DNA from: Eledone cirrhosa
Taxonomy: Eukaryota
Reading direction: 5' to 3'
Assembly (NCBI GenBank): GCA_964016885.1
Contig: OZ024742.1
Span: forward strand, 132,246,001-132,310,000
DNA length: 64,000 bases
The notes under the pieces are model-generated. The model was not told the origin of the DNA. It did no database searches and saw only the letters and a list, made by a program, of their open reading frames with translations. Of this stretch, positions 39,937 to 54,439 are shown piece after piece. The position numbers and the translations under genes were made by a program. The stretch's first letter is position 1. Every line of letters starts with the position of its first letter.

Positions 39937-40379
39937 AACTGACAGCGCTGTTTGGCCGTTGACAAGTTTTCACACCCTTCAACGCTTCATAATGGAACTA
40001 AAATATGCCAATATAGAAATTTTACATACATATATGTATTCAACTATATTGCAGCGAACATCCTAATTATATTTCTTTTTCAGGCTGAGCCAGCCTAGGC
40101 CTCAGTATGCAAATGATGTTAATCGGCCCATGTACATAAGCTTTAAACGTATGTTTTCGGCTTATTTGAGTTCCAGTATGAAGCGAGAAATAGGGTGTAA
40201 CGTTGACAATGGCCACACAGCCAGGAACAGCGTAATTCTAATGTCATTAAATATAGTATATCGAAAAAATCTTCCAGTTAGTGTTAATAAGTGAAGATTC
40301 TAATAAAGAAAATACTGAAGGTTTTATCACCTTCACCATGTCCTCTCAGCATGACATTGCATAACAGCACTTTATAGAT

Positions 40380-41110
40380 CCTTCAGTTCAAACCTTACTC
40401 AGGTTTCCTTATCTTGGGTCGATAAAATAAACTACCAGTTAAGTATCGGGTCGATTTATTTATCGATCCGTAAGGATGTAAGGCAAAGCTAACCTCGGCG
40501 GTATTTGAACTCAGAAAGTAAATGGTTGTAACTCTATACCACACAACTAATCCACCGGCCTTAAGATATTAATAATAATTGTTTCTACTTTAGTCACAAG
40601 GCCAGCAATTTTTGGGGAAGGGATTAAATCGACCCCCGTAGGGATGAAAAGCAAAGCTAACCTCGGTGGGATTTGAAATCAGACATTAAAGGGCCGTAAC
40701 TCTATGCTGCAAAGCATGGCGTCTGGCAATCTAACGATACTGCGAATACACCGCCCTTATAATAATAATATTAACAACAACAACAATAACAACAATGATA
40801 ATAAGAATAATTGTTTATACATTTGGCACAAGGCCAGCAATAATCCTAGTGCATTACTGGTACTTTATTTTATCGAGCCCTTAAGGGTGAAAGGCAAAGT
40901 TAACCTCGGTGGGATTGATTTTACTATAAGCACAAGGCCAGCAATTTAGGGAGGGGAGAAAGTCGATTAAATCGACCCCCAGTGAATTATTGGTGCTATA
41001 TTTATCGACAACGTAACGATGAAAGGCAAAGCAAACCTCGGCGGGATTTGAACTCATGACGTAAATGGCCGTAACTCTACGTCACGACGTTCCATTGATA
41101 CTGCCAATAC
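40380..41110. mobile_element. Cluster of about five partial SINE copies, mostly minus strand
   Basis: Repeated aaggcaaag(c/t)taacctcgg cores and cacaaggccagcaat tails. Confidence 0.85.
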
Positions 41111-44100
41111 GGGTAGGAAGGAACAGCTCACAGTCAATGGATTTGATGAATGTGCCTGATGAAAAAACACCGATAAATGTGAGAAAGGTAGATACGAGTA
41201 TGATGAATGGAATTTCAAAAAGATAAATGTAGTGATAAGATATAGTCGGGCAGAGGACATAGAGCAAACAAAATATCTTTTTGGAGCCATTGCACTACTG
41301 GTTGGGGAGACATTACAACCGACATATACAAAACAGAATAAGGCAAAAGAACTATGGTGGAAAGGTGGCATTGAAGAAGACACAATGTGGTTAAGACAAG
41401 TTCTATGTAAAATTGATGGTTTAGAGGAAATGAAATAACGAAACGGAAAGAAGACTGATCGAGGAACATTAGAGAAGAAATATAAAATCCGGAAGAATTG
41501 ACTCTATATAGTGATGGAACAGTTAAAAACAGGATTTTGTCGAAAATCTAGAAGATAAGAAGGTATGTGAACAGAAAAATGCAATTGAAGGAGAATAGAT
41601 TAATCCAAAATAAGCCAGAATAATTCCTCTGTACTTTGGACAGACGTGACGGATGTTGTTCCTAATGCTGACCAGATCAAGGTGTTCTAGAATGGGATAT
41701 GGTGAAACACTGTGATACATACAATGGATTCCGATAGAATTACGAAAAGGAAATAGAGAAATAAATATTACCATAAGCACAGTCAACATGATATGGCAAT
41801 TGGCCAAGGTACCAAACGGAGAAACTCCTGGTCGAGATGTGGTCTGTGGTTTTCGGTTGATGAGAGGCAATGTAGTTCGTGAAAGAGTGGTAACTTAATT
41901 GAATGAAAGAGTTCACAAAGTTGTATCTTGGATGATACTCGGTTGGACAACGATTATAATAAATGATAGAGAGGAATGATGTGGGAAACTGCCATCCTAT
42001 AGCATGCCTGAACATGATATGGAAGGTACTTAATGGGATATTTGCGACGAAGGTGAATATCTTTCTTTTAGAGAAATAAAAATTATCAAGGGAACAAAAA
42101 TGATGTGGGAAGAATTCTCAAAGTGCCAAGGATCACCTGGGTGTTGACGAGGCAGTGTAAAGGCGTGATAAAAAAAATCATCCCTATATGTTTATGGCCT
42201 GGATTCACATTAAAAATCAAGATGATAGGGTGCCTGACACTTGGATTGTTGAATGCCTGTAGAGGTTTAGTATCGCTGACAATATCACAAACTTTATTCG
42301 GAAGAGTACGCTAGAGTGGAAGACCATGTTGTACATGAACAATGTATTCCTTGGAAAATTAGAAATTAAACGGGGTATCTTCCAAGGTGACTAATTTTCA
42401 CTATTACTATTTATCATCGCATTTATACCTGTAACATTGACACTTAGGAGAGTTAAAATGGGTTACCAATGTGGAAAAAAGGACATTCTTAAAGAATATA
42501 TTCATTGATGACCTTAAATTGTTTGGTAAGCCTGGAAAGCAGATAGAATCTTTGGGCAGATAGATTCTTTGGTTGAAACAGTCCAGATATGTTACAGTGA
42601 CATCGGTATGGGATTTGGGATTTCCATATGTCCCGGGTTCGATATGAAAAGATGAAATAAATCAGACTGTAGTAGATTAAAGCTACCATCGGGAAAGTCC
42701 ATGGGGTAACGAAAGGAGCGTGGATACAAGTATTTTTTGATTGTATAATCCATCGTGGGTGCCAGAATCTCGTCACTGCGATGAATATGTGGCTAGATAT
42801 GATTCTTCCATTCTAGGGTGTGCTGAAAAGAAATAACAAAGTTGGATAGAAAGTCGAGAATGTTAATGATTTTGTATTGTTTAAGGTCTCATCAGTGTGG
42901 ATTATTGTATGAGAATAAAAAGAGAACACTTGCAGGATATTTGGTAAACGATGAAGAGTTTTTGCAATATGAAGCAGAAGAATGTGGATAAGCATGCAGG
43001 AGAAATGGTTGAAATGGTTGGTAAGGAAGAATTTAACCAAAGAGTTAAAGAACAATGAAAAGAAATGCATTATCATTTAAAATATCTTTAAATGATAATG
43101 CATGGTGTGTTTGAAAGAAATCCACAGAATATCAAAGATAAACCAGGATCCTGCACATGGATTTAATTGATTAGAAGCGTACTACTGAAAACCTTATAAT
43201 TGCAGTACAATACCAAGATCTTGCTACTAATTCGGGGAAGTATAACATCTACAAAACTTCTGACACCCAGAAATGCAGTCTCTGTGAAAAGAATGTCGAA
43301 AATATAACAAACTCGATAAGTGAATGTGAGAGCCTTGCGCCAGATAATACATACGCCTCACTTGGCTTTTATGTCGTAATACCAATACGAAATAATAGAG
43401 AATTGGTTTGAGTCTGTGCCTAGTAAATTAATGAAAGAGGATTATAAAGCAACAATGTTCTTGGGTTATGATTTTCAGATTGATAGAATAATTGAGTGGA
43501 GGCACGTGGCTTAGTGGTAGAGGTGTTGGGTTTACGATCATAATGTCGTGGGTTCAATTCCTGGGTTGCGTGTTGTGTTCTTGAGCAAAATACTTCATTT
43601 CACGTTGCCCCAGTATACTCAGCTGAAAATTAATACCAGCTATAGCTGAGGGTTTACCCCTGCGATGGACTGGCGGCGTGTCCAGGGGGAATTCTTGCAC
43701 TCTCAGTCGCTTCACGCCATGAAACCGGGATAAGCACCAACCAAGTGAGCCTTCTAGCTGAAGACAGACTTTAGACTTTTTTAAAGAGTAATTGAACGTT
43801 ACCAACCATCCATTGTTGTATTGAACAAGAAAGTCAAATACTGTCAAATCATTGGTCTAGCCATAATAAATGACAGGAATACTGCAAGTAAATAGGTTGA
43901 AAAAATCGCCAAGTACTCCGAATTGAAAGTGGAGATGTTAAGACTGTTTGGAATGCGACGGTAATATGGGAAAGTGATACTATTTGTGACTGGGGCATTA
44001 GGGTCAATCCCATTGAAACTACAAGACTATTTAAAAGTGTTATGAATAACATGCAACTTGATGTTATACAAAGAATAGCCTTGCTAGCTGCTGCGAAAGT

Positions 44101-44207
44101 TTTAAGGAAAGTATTATCTGTCCAAGGTCCTTGTTGTTACTTGACAGATGACTAACTATACCAGTGCATTTTCCATTTACACTGCCTGACAAGTTAATGA
44201 AAATAAT
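41110..44207 (+). mobile_element. Second decayed R4/Dong-like RLE LINE, interrupted by a SINE
   Basis: ETPGRD, CHPIACLN, RGIFQGD (42371), FIDDLKLFG (about 42500), QDLATN..KCSLC...ENI...SEC, IQRIALL..AKVLRKVL C-terminus. Confidence 0.8.
43496..43782 (+). mobile_element. Full-length tRNA-derived SINE, second family
   Basis: A box tggcttagtgg; B box ggttcaattcc; gtgttcttgagcaa core; cctgcgatggactggc..gaaaccggg 3' region. Confidence 0.88.
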
Positions 44208-44339
44208 GGTAGAATCAAGCAAGTAGGATTTGAGAACTTGTTTGTATTTATATAATAGGGTCCTTCTTTGCTTATTGGCATTGCTCTCATACCAATACCA
44301 TTAATACTGAGGAAGGTGAAGATGTGGAGAAAATATTCT

Positions 44340-46700
44340 TCGAAACCATCTTAAAGATATTTGTTGTTTATGGGCGCCTGGACTATCATCGCAAGATCTA
44401 AATCATTTCTAAACCTATTACAAGCTTGCCAAGATTGACGGTCAGGATGTAGGCATGAAATATGGTGTCGCAATATGTGCAGTTGGTAACGTGAAAGAAA
44501 GAAAATGTCAAATAAAAATGGTTTCAAATTACCATCTGGTGAAGCATTGATGAAGTATTGTTGGACCAATGAAATACAATAATAAAGAACAAATTAACAC
44601 AGGCTGGAACTTCAGCATAAGTCCAAAGTGTCTTTATAATACTTGATTATTTTCCTGTAAACACTGGACTTGTAGCTGTGATATGATATTGCTGGGATAA
44701 CATAGTTTGCAAAGCTAGAAAATGATGACAGTATATGCAGCATAACATACAAAAGCAGTTGTAAAAAGAAATGTATGTATTTCAAAGAACTCAATCATAA
44801 AACACCAACTTACAAATGTTTAATTCAGATAGACAATATAATACACACAACTTTAAAATCAAGAATCCTTTGAGATGTCGTGTTATTCATTCTAAATATA
44901 GTAAAATAAACCCTACAACACAGCATTTCATTGAAAAAGAGGCCTGGATCAACTCAATTTATTTCCATGTTTCATCAAAAGAATGGCTACAATTAAAGTA
45001 GCAAGTATATATTTATATCATATGGGATCGGCCACAGGTCACATAAATATACGTGATAACTTTCAGAGAACTTGAACCATGGCGGTAAATTGATGCTGCT
45101 GCGTGTGAATGATAGCAAAGGAAGTGCGATTAGATTGATAGCTGCCAGTATTCCAAAGAGACCAACGCAGCTTCAACGCTTTCCTCTTAGACACACAATG
45201 GGTTGTGTGGGTTTGATCCATTGGTGAAGGGGATTCAACATCCCCGCATACCTGCTCAGATGCTCAGATGCTTTCTGACAGATACCGAATGGTTTTCCAC
45301 ATATGCAAATATTACCTAGATAGTGTATTTATTAGGTCAGTAGCCAGGGAGAGAATAGGGTGTCAAGAGGTTAAACTAGTCAGTCATACAGATCAAACAT
45401 TTGTAATCTGCAAGATACGCGTAGATGAACGCATAGACAAAGGTCCGGCTAAAAGTAGTTTAATGTGCCTTCTCTGCTGCACAATCCTGATAGAAACCGG
45501 ATTTGTGATCATGTTAAGTAGCATTTGACTGAGGCAATTGTTAACAACCGGTACTGAAGTGCTTTGAAGTGATCTATTTTTGTAGAATCGGTACAGTTTA
45601 GTAAGGAATTAGGAGAGAAAAATAAGCTAAATACGAAACTAGTGAGTAAGTTAAAAGAAACGATTCAGAAAGGCATCACAATCGACGTCCCAAAAGCGGG
45701 AATGAGATTTGATAATTGTTCAACGTGAAACACTAAAACTACACCACCAAAGCGAGGGATTGTGCGCTAAGACACCAGAGATCTAGTTGGAAGAAGCACG
45801 TTGAGGTAACAAAACCGCGTTTGGCCTTTGGATATCTGCCCTTCCGCTTCCTGTGGAAGGGATAAGTAGCACTGCCAAAAGAGCGCATGTGTTGCTAATA
45901 CGTTCTGCACGGAGACCTATGTATGCCATGGCTGTTTATGCGCTTAACATACGACGCTTGTAGAAATTCCGAGACTTTGAACGCATTTGTATTACATCAT
46001 TAGTCTAGTCATCTTTAAAAGAGCAACAGTCTTGGGTTAAAAAAAGACAGAGACGACACGTAGAGCCTGAAATGTTGTTAGGCGCACACCACTCTGTAAA
46101 ATAGGGCAACGTGATTGGTTGATGTTCTAGTTTAAAGACGATAGGCGCTGACTCTCATCTAAATCTATTATTCCGGTCGGTTCTGGCGGCTTAGCATCTT
46201 TTCCAAGATGCTCGTAGCATGACTAAAGCGTTCTGCACGCACTCGTTTAATGTCCGGGCAGCACTGACCCGTGATGTCCTGTCGGATGGCTGCTAAGCAT
46301 GTAAGACCGATCCGATTATCGGCACAGTAAAGGTCGCTCTATGCCACACCGCTTTTCATCGTTGTGCTCTGTCCTGTAGCTATCGGAAAGGAATCATGTC
46401 GAGGACAACTTTTAGAGGACAGACGTTTTCAACTTCGGCCAAGATTTAATCGACATTCTCTAGTTTCATTTGGAAAGGTAAGAAGAGGTGAACGGGAAAT
46501 GGCCTCTTCCAGTGAACTATAAAAGATAGGTAGGTGTGAAGAAAATGACAAGTGTGAATGTTTCTCTACTCAACACGATAAGAAAAATAGGAAGAGAGCA
46601 CACCCGTAGTGTTTAACATGGCTATAAATTTGTGGCGTTCCTTGAACGGCCCCATTCAGTGTTTCACCTGTTTCAGAAGTCATGTTTATCATAATCATTT
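44340..46700 (-). mobile_element. Probable heavily decayed APE-type LINE remnant (CR1/L2/Jockey-like)
   Basis: Coding-like composition with faint endonuclease-region and PW remnants; no clean motifs. Confidence 0.3.
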
Positions 46701-47288
46701 ATACTATACATTCCTCTTCGTTTTATTTCTCATTGGATTTCATGTAATCATTCACAATTTATGCAAATTGTCTTTGTAAATGTTCTGCTTCTTCTGCGCC
46801 ATTGTGGCAAACGAAAAAAATTATTATTATTATTGTTGGCAGCGTTTATCGTGATAGATATACTAAGCAAATTCGTGGGAGTGACAGGGGGCAGGCTTAA
46901 ATTAAGCGGTCGTGAAGATATTGAATTATGGGGAATTTTGTGAGGGTTACTGGCATTATTTCATTAATGATTAATCATCACGTAACTTCCTGATAGTTGA
47001 AGCTCGCCAAGTTAATAGAAGTTGTGCGTGAGTGAGGTGCTTGACCGGCCGGTCGTAAGGTCGGTAGATGTTGGCATCTCGTCACAGGCTATCTGATGTA
47101 TCTTCAGGGAAATCTAAAAAAATCTCGTTAAGTCAAGTCACACAGCACGTGAATAGGTAAAATAAAGGAATTAGAGGTCCTTTTCTCTCTGGGTTTCTCT
47201 ACATCTCATAATATATATATATATATATTAATCTTGTAGAAGCCATTTGTATATATATATCATATTTATTAGTCCTGTAGAAGCCATT

Positions 47289-47371
<83 letters not shown>

Positions 47372-47859
47372 TGAGTGTGTGTGTGTGTTTGTGAGAGAGA
47401 GAAAGAAAAGCGAGAGAGTGAGGTAGATAACGTTTTATATATAACTATTTTATTTCCGTTGCAAAGTTTTATATTTACGCATATAATCTTAGAAATATCT
47501 TCTATAATTTATGTGTACATGTATTGATAACTCGACAACGGAAATAAAATAGTTATATATAAAATGTTAAACCCAAACATAATTACGTATGAGGTTATAA
47601 GCAAAATAATTAGATGAATTAAATGGATTAAACTAATGACGACTATAGAATGATGACGACTACAGCGCCACAGAAAACAGGGTGACCCCAATTACTACTA
47701 ATAAGCAGGACTATAGGCGTAACACAAACGCATTAAAACAAGCCAATTAACAAAAGAAAATCTGTGAGTTTAGGTCAGATAGATGAGGAATAAATGAACA
47801 CGCATACAAACACACGCATACACACACATACACACACTTTCAATAGAGGATTAGTGGCG

Positions 47860-48942
47860 GATAAAATGACGACCTTCTTCGGGAAAATCTGCGTATTGAC
47901 GAACATCTCCTAGCCATTCTTTTTTAGAGGACTTTCCGTCCAGGGCCCATGGATAATTTCTGGAAATACTTGGTCTGGCTGGGCTACCGGGGAGATTTTC
48001 CAGTTCGGGATAAACTCTATATGTATGGGAGTTATGTCAGCCGGACTTGTCTGAGTATCGAGCAGAGTATTTAACCGTCCTGACGCACTCGTCCAGTTTC
48101 CGAGCGTTGCTAACTTGTGGATTTATGTCAGTCATATGCTCTCTCGTGTAGGACGAATCCGGATATCAGTTGATTGAATTGTGACGATCGTCACGTCGCC
48201 TTTCATTAGTCAAGAAGAGGAGTCTGTTTTTATCTGTCTGGTGGCCCTGGCGAAAAGTTTGCATGGTGGACAAGTGTGAAACGGTTGAAGAACATACGTC
48301 ACCTCTACAGCGAAGCCCTTTCAGATTTCACTTGAAGAGAAACAAATCAGAGTAAAGAGAAAAGTGCTGCCGTTCAAAAGATTGTCGTAATGTGGGTGAG
48401 AGAAGCAAGCATGGCCCGAGTGAATGAGATCGCTCTGAGTGTGCGCCTGTAGGTTGGCGGACAATTGGAACAGAGCACTTGCCCCTGAGATTAGGGCACC
48501 CGTACATTTATGGTATTTTTTCTACGAGCACCACTCGAATGTCTTTTGCCTATTGAGTAAATGCCATTGTTTAATTCTTTATTGTTACCTTTTTTTACTA
48601 TTATTAAATATATTTATAAGGGCGGTGGATTGGCAGTATCGGTAGAGAGTCGGACACCATGCGTTGAAGCATAGAGTTACGTCCCTTTATGATCTGAGTT
48701 CAAATCCCGCCGAGCTTAACTTTGCCTTTCATCCTTACGGGGTCGATAAAATAAAGTACCAATAATGCACTGGGTAATTGCTGGCCTTGTGCCAAAAAGT
48801 AGAAACAACTATTAAATATATTTCACGCTAAGCCCAGGCACCATCTCGCATACACATACACACTCTCTAAGGTTCCATCTTGTGCCATCTTAATGTTTTC
48901 TTAATGTTGATCCTTGAGGTAAATAAAGAAATTATTATTATT
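47860..48942 (+). mobile_element. Old Tx1-type LINE 3' fragment, interrupted by a SINE
   Basis: RTFRPGPMDNFWKYLVWLGYRGDFPVRDKLY matches the ORF2 C-terminus of the 54.5-60.5 kb element; tail ccttgaggtaaataaagaa(att)n. Confidence 0.82.
48619..48808 (+). mobile_element. Full-length SINE with TSD
   Basis: Family consensus; TSD ttattaaatatattt (48601) / ctattaaatatattt (48809). Confidence 0.92.
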
Positions 48943-49125
48943 ATGGCAGTATAGGTAGAGGGTCGGACGCCATGCTTTGACGAATAGAATTACGGCCCTA
49001 GCCATTCTGTGTTCAAATCCAGCCGAGGTTAACTTTGCCTTTCATCATTACGGGGTCGATAAAGTAAAGTACCAGTAATGCACTGGATAATTGCTGGCCT
49101 TGTGCCAAAAGTAGAAACAATTATT
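48943..49125 (+). mobile_element. SINE inserted at the (ATT)n tail of the Tx1 remnant
   Basis: Family consensus directly after attattattatt. Confidence 0.9.
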
Positions 49126-49439
49126 ATTAGTATTACTATTTTATAATTATTGTTATTATTTGTTATTATATTTGTCTTAATCTTTAATGATTTTTCAGCT
49201 GCTTTCGAAATTTGTATTTACTATTTTTGATTTTAGATATGATTAATATGGAACCAAATGTTATATAAAAAAAGTGTGAACGCTTTATAAAAACCCGAAC
49301 CTTCCAGCGAAATATAAACAATTTGAATGAGTTTAATGTCATATGTTCGACTTGTTGAAATTCTAAATATCTTAACTTGATAAATATTTATTATACAATT
49401 TCTGATATAGTATGTATAAACACACAGAGTTATATATAC

Positions 49440-50130
49440 GTACATATCAACACACACGCCAACACCGCCAAATCTCCCAACACACATGCAGCCTCCAAGC
49501 CTCCAACCCCATTGTGTTGGCCCAGAGGACCAATTTTGCTCAACTGAAAGGGAACCGGAAATTGCTTAGTTAATGCATGGGAGATTGGAAATTGATCATA
49601 AGGGAGGCAAAAAAGGGAGAATATGGAGAAAAGAAATTGCAGAAATATCTCAAATAGCCTATCTGGCAATATTGATGTCAACGAGGGCCTTTTCCGTAAA
49701 CACTCTCATGTACTACTCCTCCCGACAAACAAATATGGTCTTGGATCTCAACTTTCTTGATTCGATGTTGAGTAGTACGTCCAATTTGATACCAGATCAG
49801 TTTTTCCACTTTGTCCTCTTCAATTCGAGGAAGATGTCGATTCCTTCGAGGATTACGCATGCCGGAATGCCCTAGTGTGATTCCTGCATTCCTAAATTGT
49901 ATGGCCTCTCTCTCAAGGTACGCCGGATAGAGGATAAATGTTTCTGTCGGGCAGGGTACCACAGATCTTTTCACAGGATTTTCCCCTCAATGCTCTCATG
50001 TTCTACACTTCCCGACAAGACAATAAGGTCTGTTAACACCGACAATAATTTTATAATTGACAATTGCAAAAATGTGGCTAACTGCAAATCAAAAATAGCT
50101 GAGATAAAGAAAAAGTAGCAAAAATGCGAA
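49440..50130 (-). mobile_element. Decayed Tx1-type ORF1 remnant
   Basis: YGKGPR*HQYCQIGYLRYFCN resembles the EGKRPKCFRCGSKTHLRAFCN knuckle of the intact ORF1. Confidence 0.5.
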
Positions 50131-52104
50131 GAGACATTGTTTCCAGTCATACTAGTAGTAGGTGATGATGATAATGAGGGTAGTGATAATGACGATAATG
50201 CTGAAAATGATGACGATAAGGAGGTGGAGGGGATCATTATTATGATGTTAATGGTGGAGATGATAGTGGGGCGGATAATGCGTTATTTGTGGTGATTAAC
50301 AACAAGAAAAATATGTTCAAATCCAGTTTACTGCTCTCCACAGAACAGCATATTAGACACGGGTTCATGCGCATCAGCTGCATATTATATATGTATATAT
50401 ATATATATATATATATACTTACATTTATACATATATAAACATACATATACACACACACGCACGCACATACATACATGCATACATACATATAACGCAACTC
50501 GAAACAGACACAAAATGGCACGTGCACTTATTCTGATAATGAGAATGAGGTTACCGGGCGAAAAAATCCTAATTTAAAATTTAGTTACGTTTATATGAAC
50601 CATTGTCGAGTGTCTTAATTGGGGAAGAAGACTGGAAGAGCGCCGTGGAGAGGTCTGGCGTATTAGTATAATTATTCTTAATTCTTCATTTGCGTTAGAT
50701 TGAAAAACCGATAGAGTGCCTTCCGGTATTTAATAATGTAGGTTTAGGTTTTATGTTCGAAACCCGCTTGGTTTGAATACAAATTTCCGTACTTTGTAGA
50801 TCGCTGAAATGAATAACCTTTGAATGTCTTGAGCGAAGTGTAATTTTCAACAATATTGAATCAATAGTGTTCGCCTCCCTGCACTAACTTGTCTTCTAAT
50901 CAGGAGTCATTTTCCTTGGATTTGTTAGTGAGCACATCAAAAAATATATAGGTCAAAATAAAATTATTTTGTTTTCGAACTGCCCTAAATATTCTGACTA
51001 TAAAAGTCCAACAAGGTCTAATTTGAGTTTACTCATTCCAACGTTGATAAAATAAGTGCTTCTGAATGAAATAAGAATTGGGGCCGATGAAACCTATAAC
51101 AAAATTTGAAGTTTTTCAGTATAAATGTACAATGATTGTAGCCACCCGTAATAGAATGAAAGAAAAAAGGGAGATATGAGAGCGACAAATAGTGAGGTAG
51201 AAAGGAGAAAAACCTAAAAAAACTATTAAAAAATAGACAAAAAATAAGGAAACAGACCCTGCCAGACACTAACATCCACATCAGAAAACTCAAATCACAC
51301 ACCCACACCAAACACAAATCTGCACAAACACCACTTTCACAACGGACAAAACAAAGCTCATTGACACCACCATGAATCCTAACAAAACGAAAATCTACAA
51401 ACTCACGAAACCAACTGGAAATAACAGCATATAAAATAAATTTTATGTCAGGAACTAAGGGAAAGTAAAGAAATAAATTTCCTCATAATACGAAGTAAAG
51501 GCATTGAGAAAGAAGGGGTGATCTTGTAAAGCAGCGCATTCAAAGTGCCCTAAATTTTGATAATGGTCATCAGGTCAATCAAAGATGTGGGGTTGGTTCA
51601 ATTGATTTTTTGTTCTCCTCAAAATTATTGGTCTTGTTCCGTCATTATTACCATCACTATTACTTTCTTTGAAGGCATTTATTTCTTCAGTCCTGGATTG
51701 GTCTGCCATATATAACAGGATATACGAACAGTTAGACATACTGGTAAATTTTGTTTTAAAACGAAATGGTTTCCTTAAGGGACGAGGAAGTAATTAAAGA
51801 TAAGAATAATATGTTGACAAGTTATTTCCCGGATCACATAAATCCAGTTAATCTATGGAAATAAGCTACAAGATTCAAGGAATACGTGACTATGGACAAT
51901 TAACTATTTACAAAGAAAAATAAAAGTTCTAAATCCAAGACACTGAGAGTCAAAAGCGAACTTCTTTTTATAGCAATATGATTGAGATAGGAAATGTTCT
52001 GTATGTAAACTTATACTTGTATTTATAAATTTTTAAAAAGTCACTAGAAGACACAGAATCACGCACATCACATACACACACTTACACACACGCACGCATA
52101 CACA

Positions 52105-52136
<32 letters not shown>

Positions 52137-52159
52137 TACACACACATATATATATATAT

Positions 52160-52324
52160 ATAACAAAGAAAGTGTGGTATGAAACCAGGTGGACCATAAT
52201 GCGCTGGGGTAATAAGTAAAGAGTCAGGACCCCGACGGCTGAGCTCCGGCCGTTTCGACAGCTAGATCCGAACAGTTCGGACCTAGTTGTCGAGACGGCC
52301 GAAGCTCAGCCGTCGGGGTCCTGA
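52160..52324 (-). mobile_element. Fold-back remnant: 101-bp palindrome (52224-52324) made of a half-hammerhead
   Basis: Arms read GAAA/GAGA-CGGC..GCCG-TC-GGGGTCC; centre tccgaac A gttcgga; in (TA)n. Confidence 0.7.
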
Positions 52325-52339
52325 ATATATATATATATA

Positions 52340-52499
52340 TATTGTTATACTTTGGGAGGGTCATGTTGCCAATAAGAAACACACGCAGCAGGTGCTTTCA
52401 CTCCAATTTATTCTAAATTTAATTTATAATAAATTGGAGTGAAAGCAACTGGTGCGTGGTTTCTTATTGGCAACATCACACTCCCAAAGTATAACAATA
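52340..52499. repeat. Imperfect palindrome, about 72-bp arms with a 15-nt spacer, in (TA)n
   Basis: attgttatactttgggag...ccaatttatt / aataaattgg...ctcccaaagtataacaat. Confidence 0.92.
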
Positions 52500-52554
52500 G
52501 CGGTTTCAACACATGTTTTCAGATAAAGTATCTTGCTAAACAAATTCAGAAACG

Positions 52555-52611
<57 letters not shown>

Positions 52612-52673
52612 GAGAGAGAGATAGAGAGGGAGCGTGAGAGAGCAAGAGATGGATAGAGATTGATAGATAGACA

Positions 52674-52738
<65 letters not shown>

Positions 52739-52914
52739 CGAGAGAGAGAGAGAGTGTGTGTGCATACATGTATGTGTGTGTGAGAGAGAGAGAGACAATA
52801 GGAAGTCAGATTTGCAGCTTGTTATGAACTTTATTGCATATTACAATTGTTTCGATATCGATCAGCTCAGGTTTGATCTGGCGATCGTATCTCGTATTCT
52901 TTCCTGACTTTTTT

Positions 52915-53180
52915 TTTGTTTAAGTCGCAATATGGGGAGACGAAAGTTGATTAAGTTGACCCCAGTGCGTTATTGTTACATTATTTTATCGTTCCATCCC
53001 TACGGGGTCGATGAAATAAAGTACCAGTAATGTACTGGGTAATTTTTGGCCTTGTGTCTAAACTAGAAACAATTATTTTATCGACCCCGTTAGGATGTAA
53101 GGCAAAGCTAACATGGGCGCGATTTTGAATCAGTACATTAGGGGCCGTAAGTCTAGGTCACGCAGCATATCCGATACTAT
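52915..53180. mobile_element. Nested SINE fragments in opposite orientations
   Basis: A plus-strand core and tail (52993-53075) lies inside a minus-strand copy; attattttatcg occurs on both sides. Confidence 0.7.
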
Positions 53181-53475
53181 AATTCAATAATCAAATGCCA
53201 AATACCCTCGGAATGATATTCATTAGTCCCAATCTTAGCAATAACGTTAACACTAAGGAACGTATTTGTTAAAATATTAACACATAGTTTGAAACATTGA
53301 AACAGAGCAGACAATAACTGGAATATATCTACCTTAGAAATGTGGTACCACCATTATCATGACACCCTCTTATGATATATATGTTGATGCTCGTTTATAA
53401 ACTTTCTAATACCTGTGTTTTAGTTTACGTTGATTTAGAAAATACGTCACTAAATCATGCATATATATATATGTA

Positions 53476-53537
<62 letters not shown>

Positions 53538-54406
53538 AACATACCCAAAACACACTCACACACACACACATATATATATATGTATAACGAAAGAAAAGGA
53601 GATGGTGATGCAAATGCAGAGGGAGAAAGGGAGGAAGAGAGTAAATCTATTGCCAGTTGGATGAATGTGAATAAAAATGTTATTTGGATTTTGCAAATTT
53701 CTACTTTCCGCATTCAGGCATTCGTTGTTTTATTTTGTGTGACTTTTTATTATTTTCGCTGTTTTCTCGTATTCTTGTCTCACTATTTTTTGTTTAAGTC
53801 GCAATAAAACACAACAAAAAAACAAAAGAAGTTCTACCGTGCACTTATAAACACGTAGACAGCCACATGCATACACACATTTAGAAACACATACATGTTT
53901 ATATGCAAACACTAACATCCACTATACAGAATCGCTGCCTGACATAACCGAAAAAGAAAAAAAAAATGCTTTTATTCCATTATAACATTATATACTGTCA
54001 TTGCTGTAAAGTCACCAAATTTCACCTTATTGTGAACTGTACGCAACTTTAAAAAGTTAAACTCTATTTCCTTCACAATTCATTCAACATTTGTGTGTGT
54101 TTTCCTTCTTTATGGGTTTCAGTTATTGTCTGTATACTATAGACAGTATCATTATTTATTTATATGAACATTTATTCTGTTGGTTATTATTATAGTTTAG
54201 TTATTTTTTCAATTCTTTTTTTCCAAGACACCATCACCACCAACACCACACAAGAAAAAAACCATTATTATATAAAATGTGTATAAATAGAATGGACAGT
54301 ATATAACGTGTATTCATATAGATATAAATAAATGATGTTGATGATGATAAGGTGTATGATGAAGGTGTGGATGATGGTAACAATAACAAACAACAACAAC
54401 AACAGC

Positions 54407-54439
<33 letters not shown>

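Noticed and set aside
40084-40148. Possible plus-strand exon (tttctttttcAG...GTATGT)
   Set aside because: Short, with no partner exons or recognisable peptide, and opposite to the better exon candidate.
46985-47115. Long hairpin flanked by CTGAAGA (minus) or CTGATAG (plus)
   Set aside because: No correctly placed GAAA and stem III on either strand.
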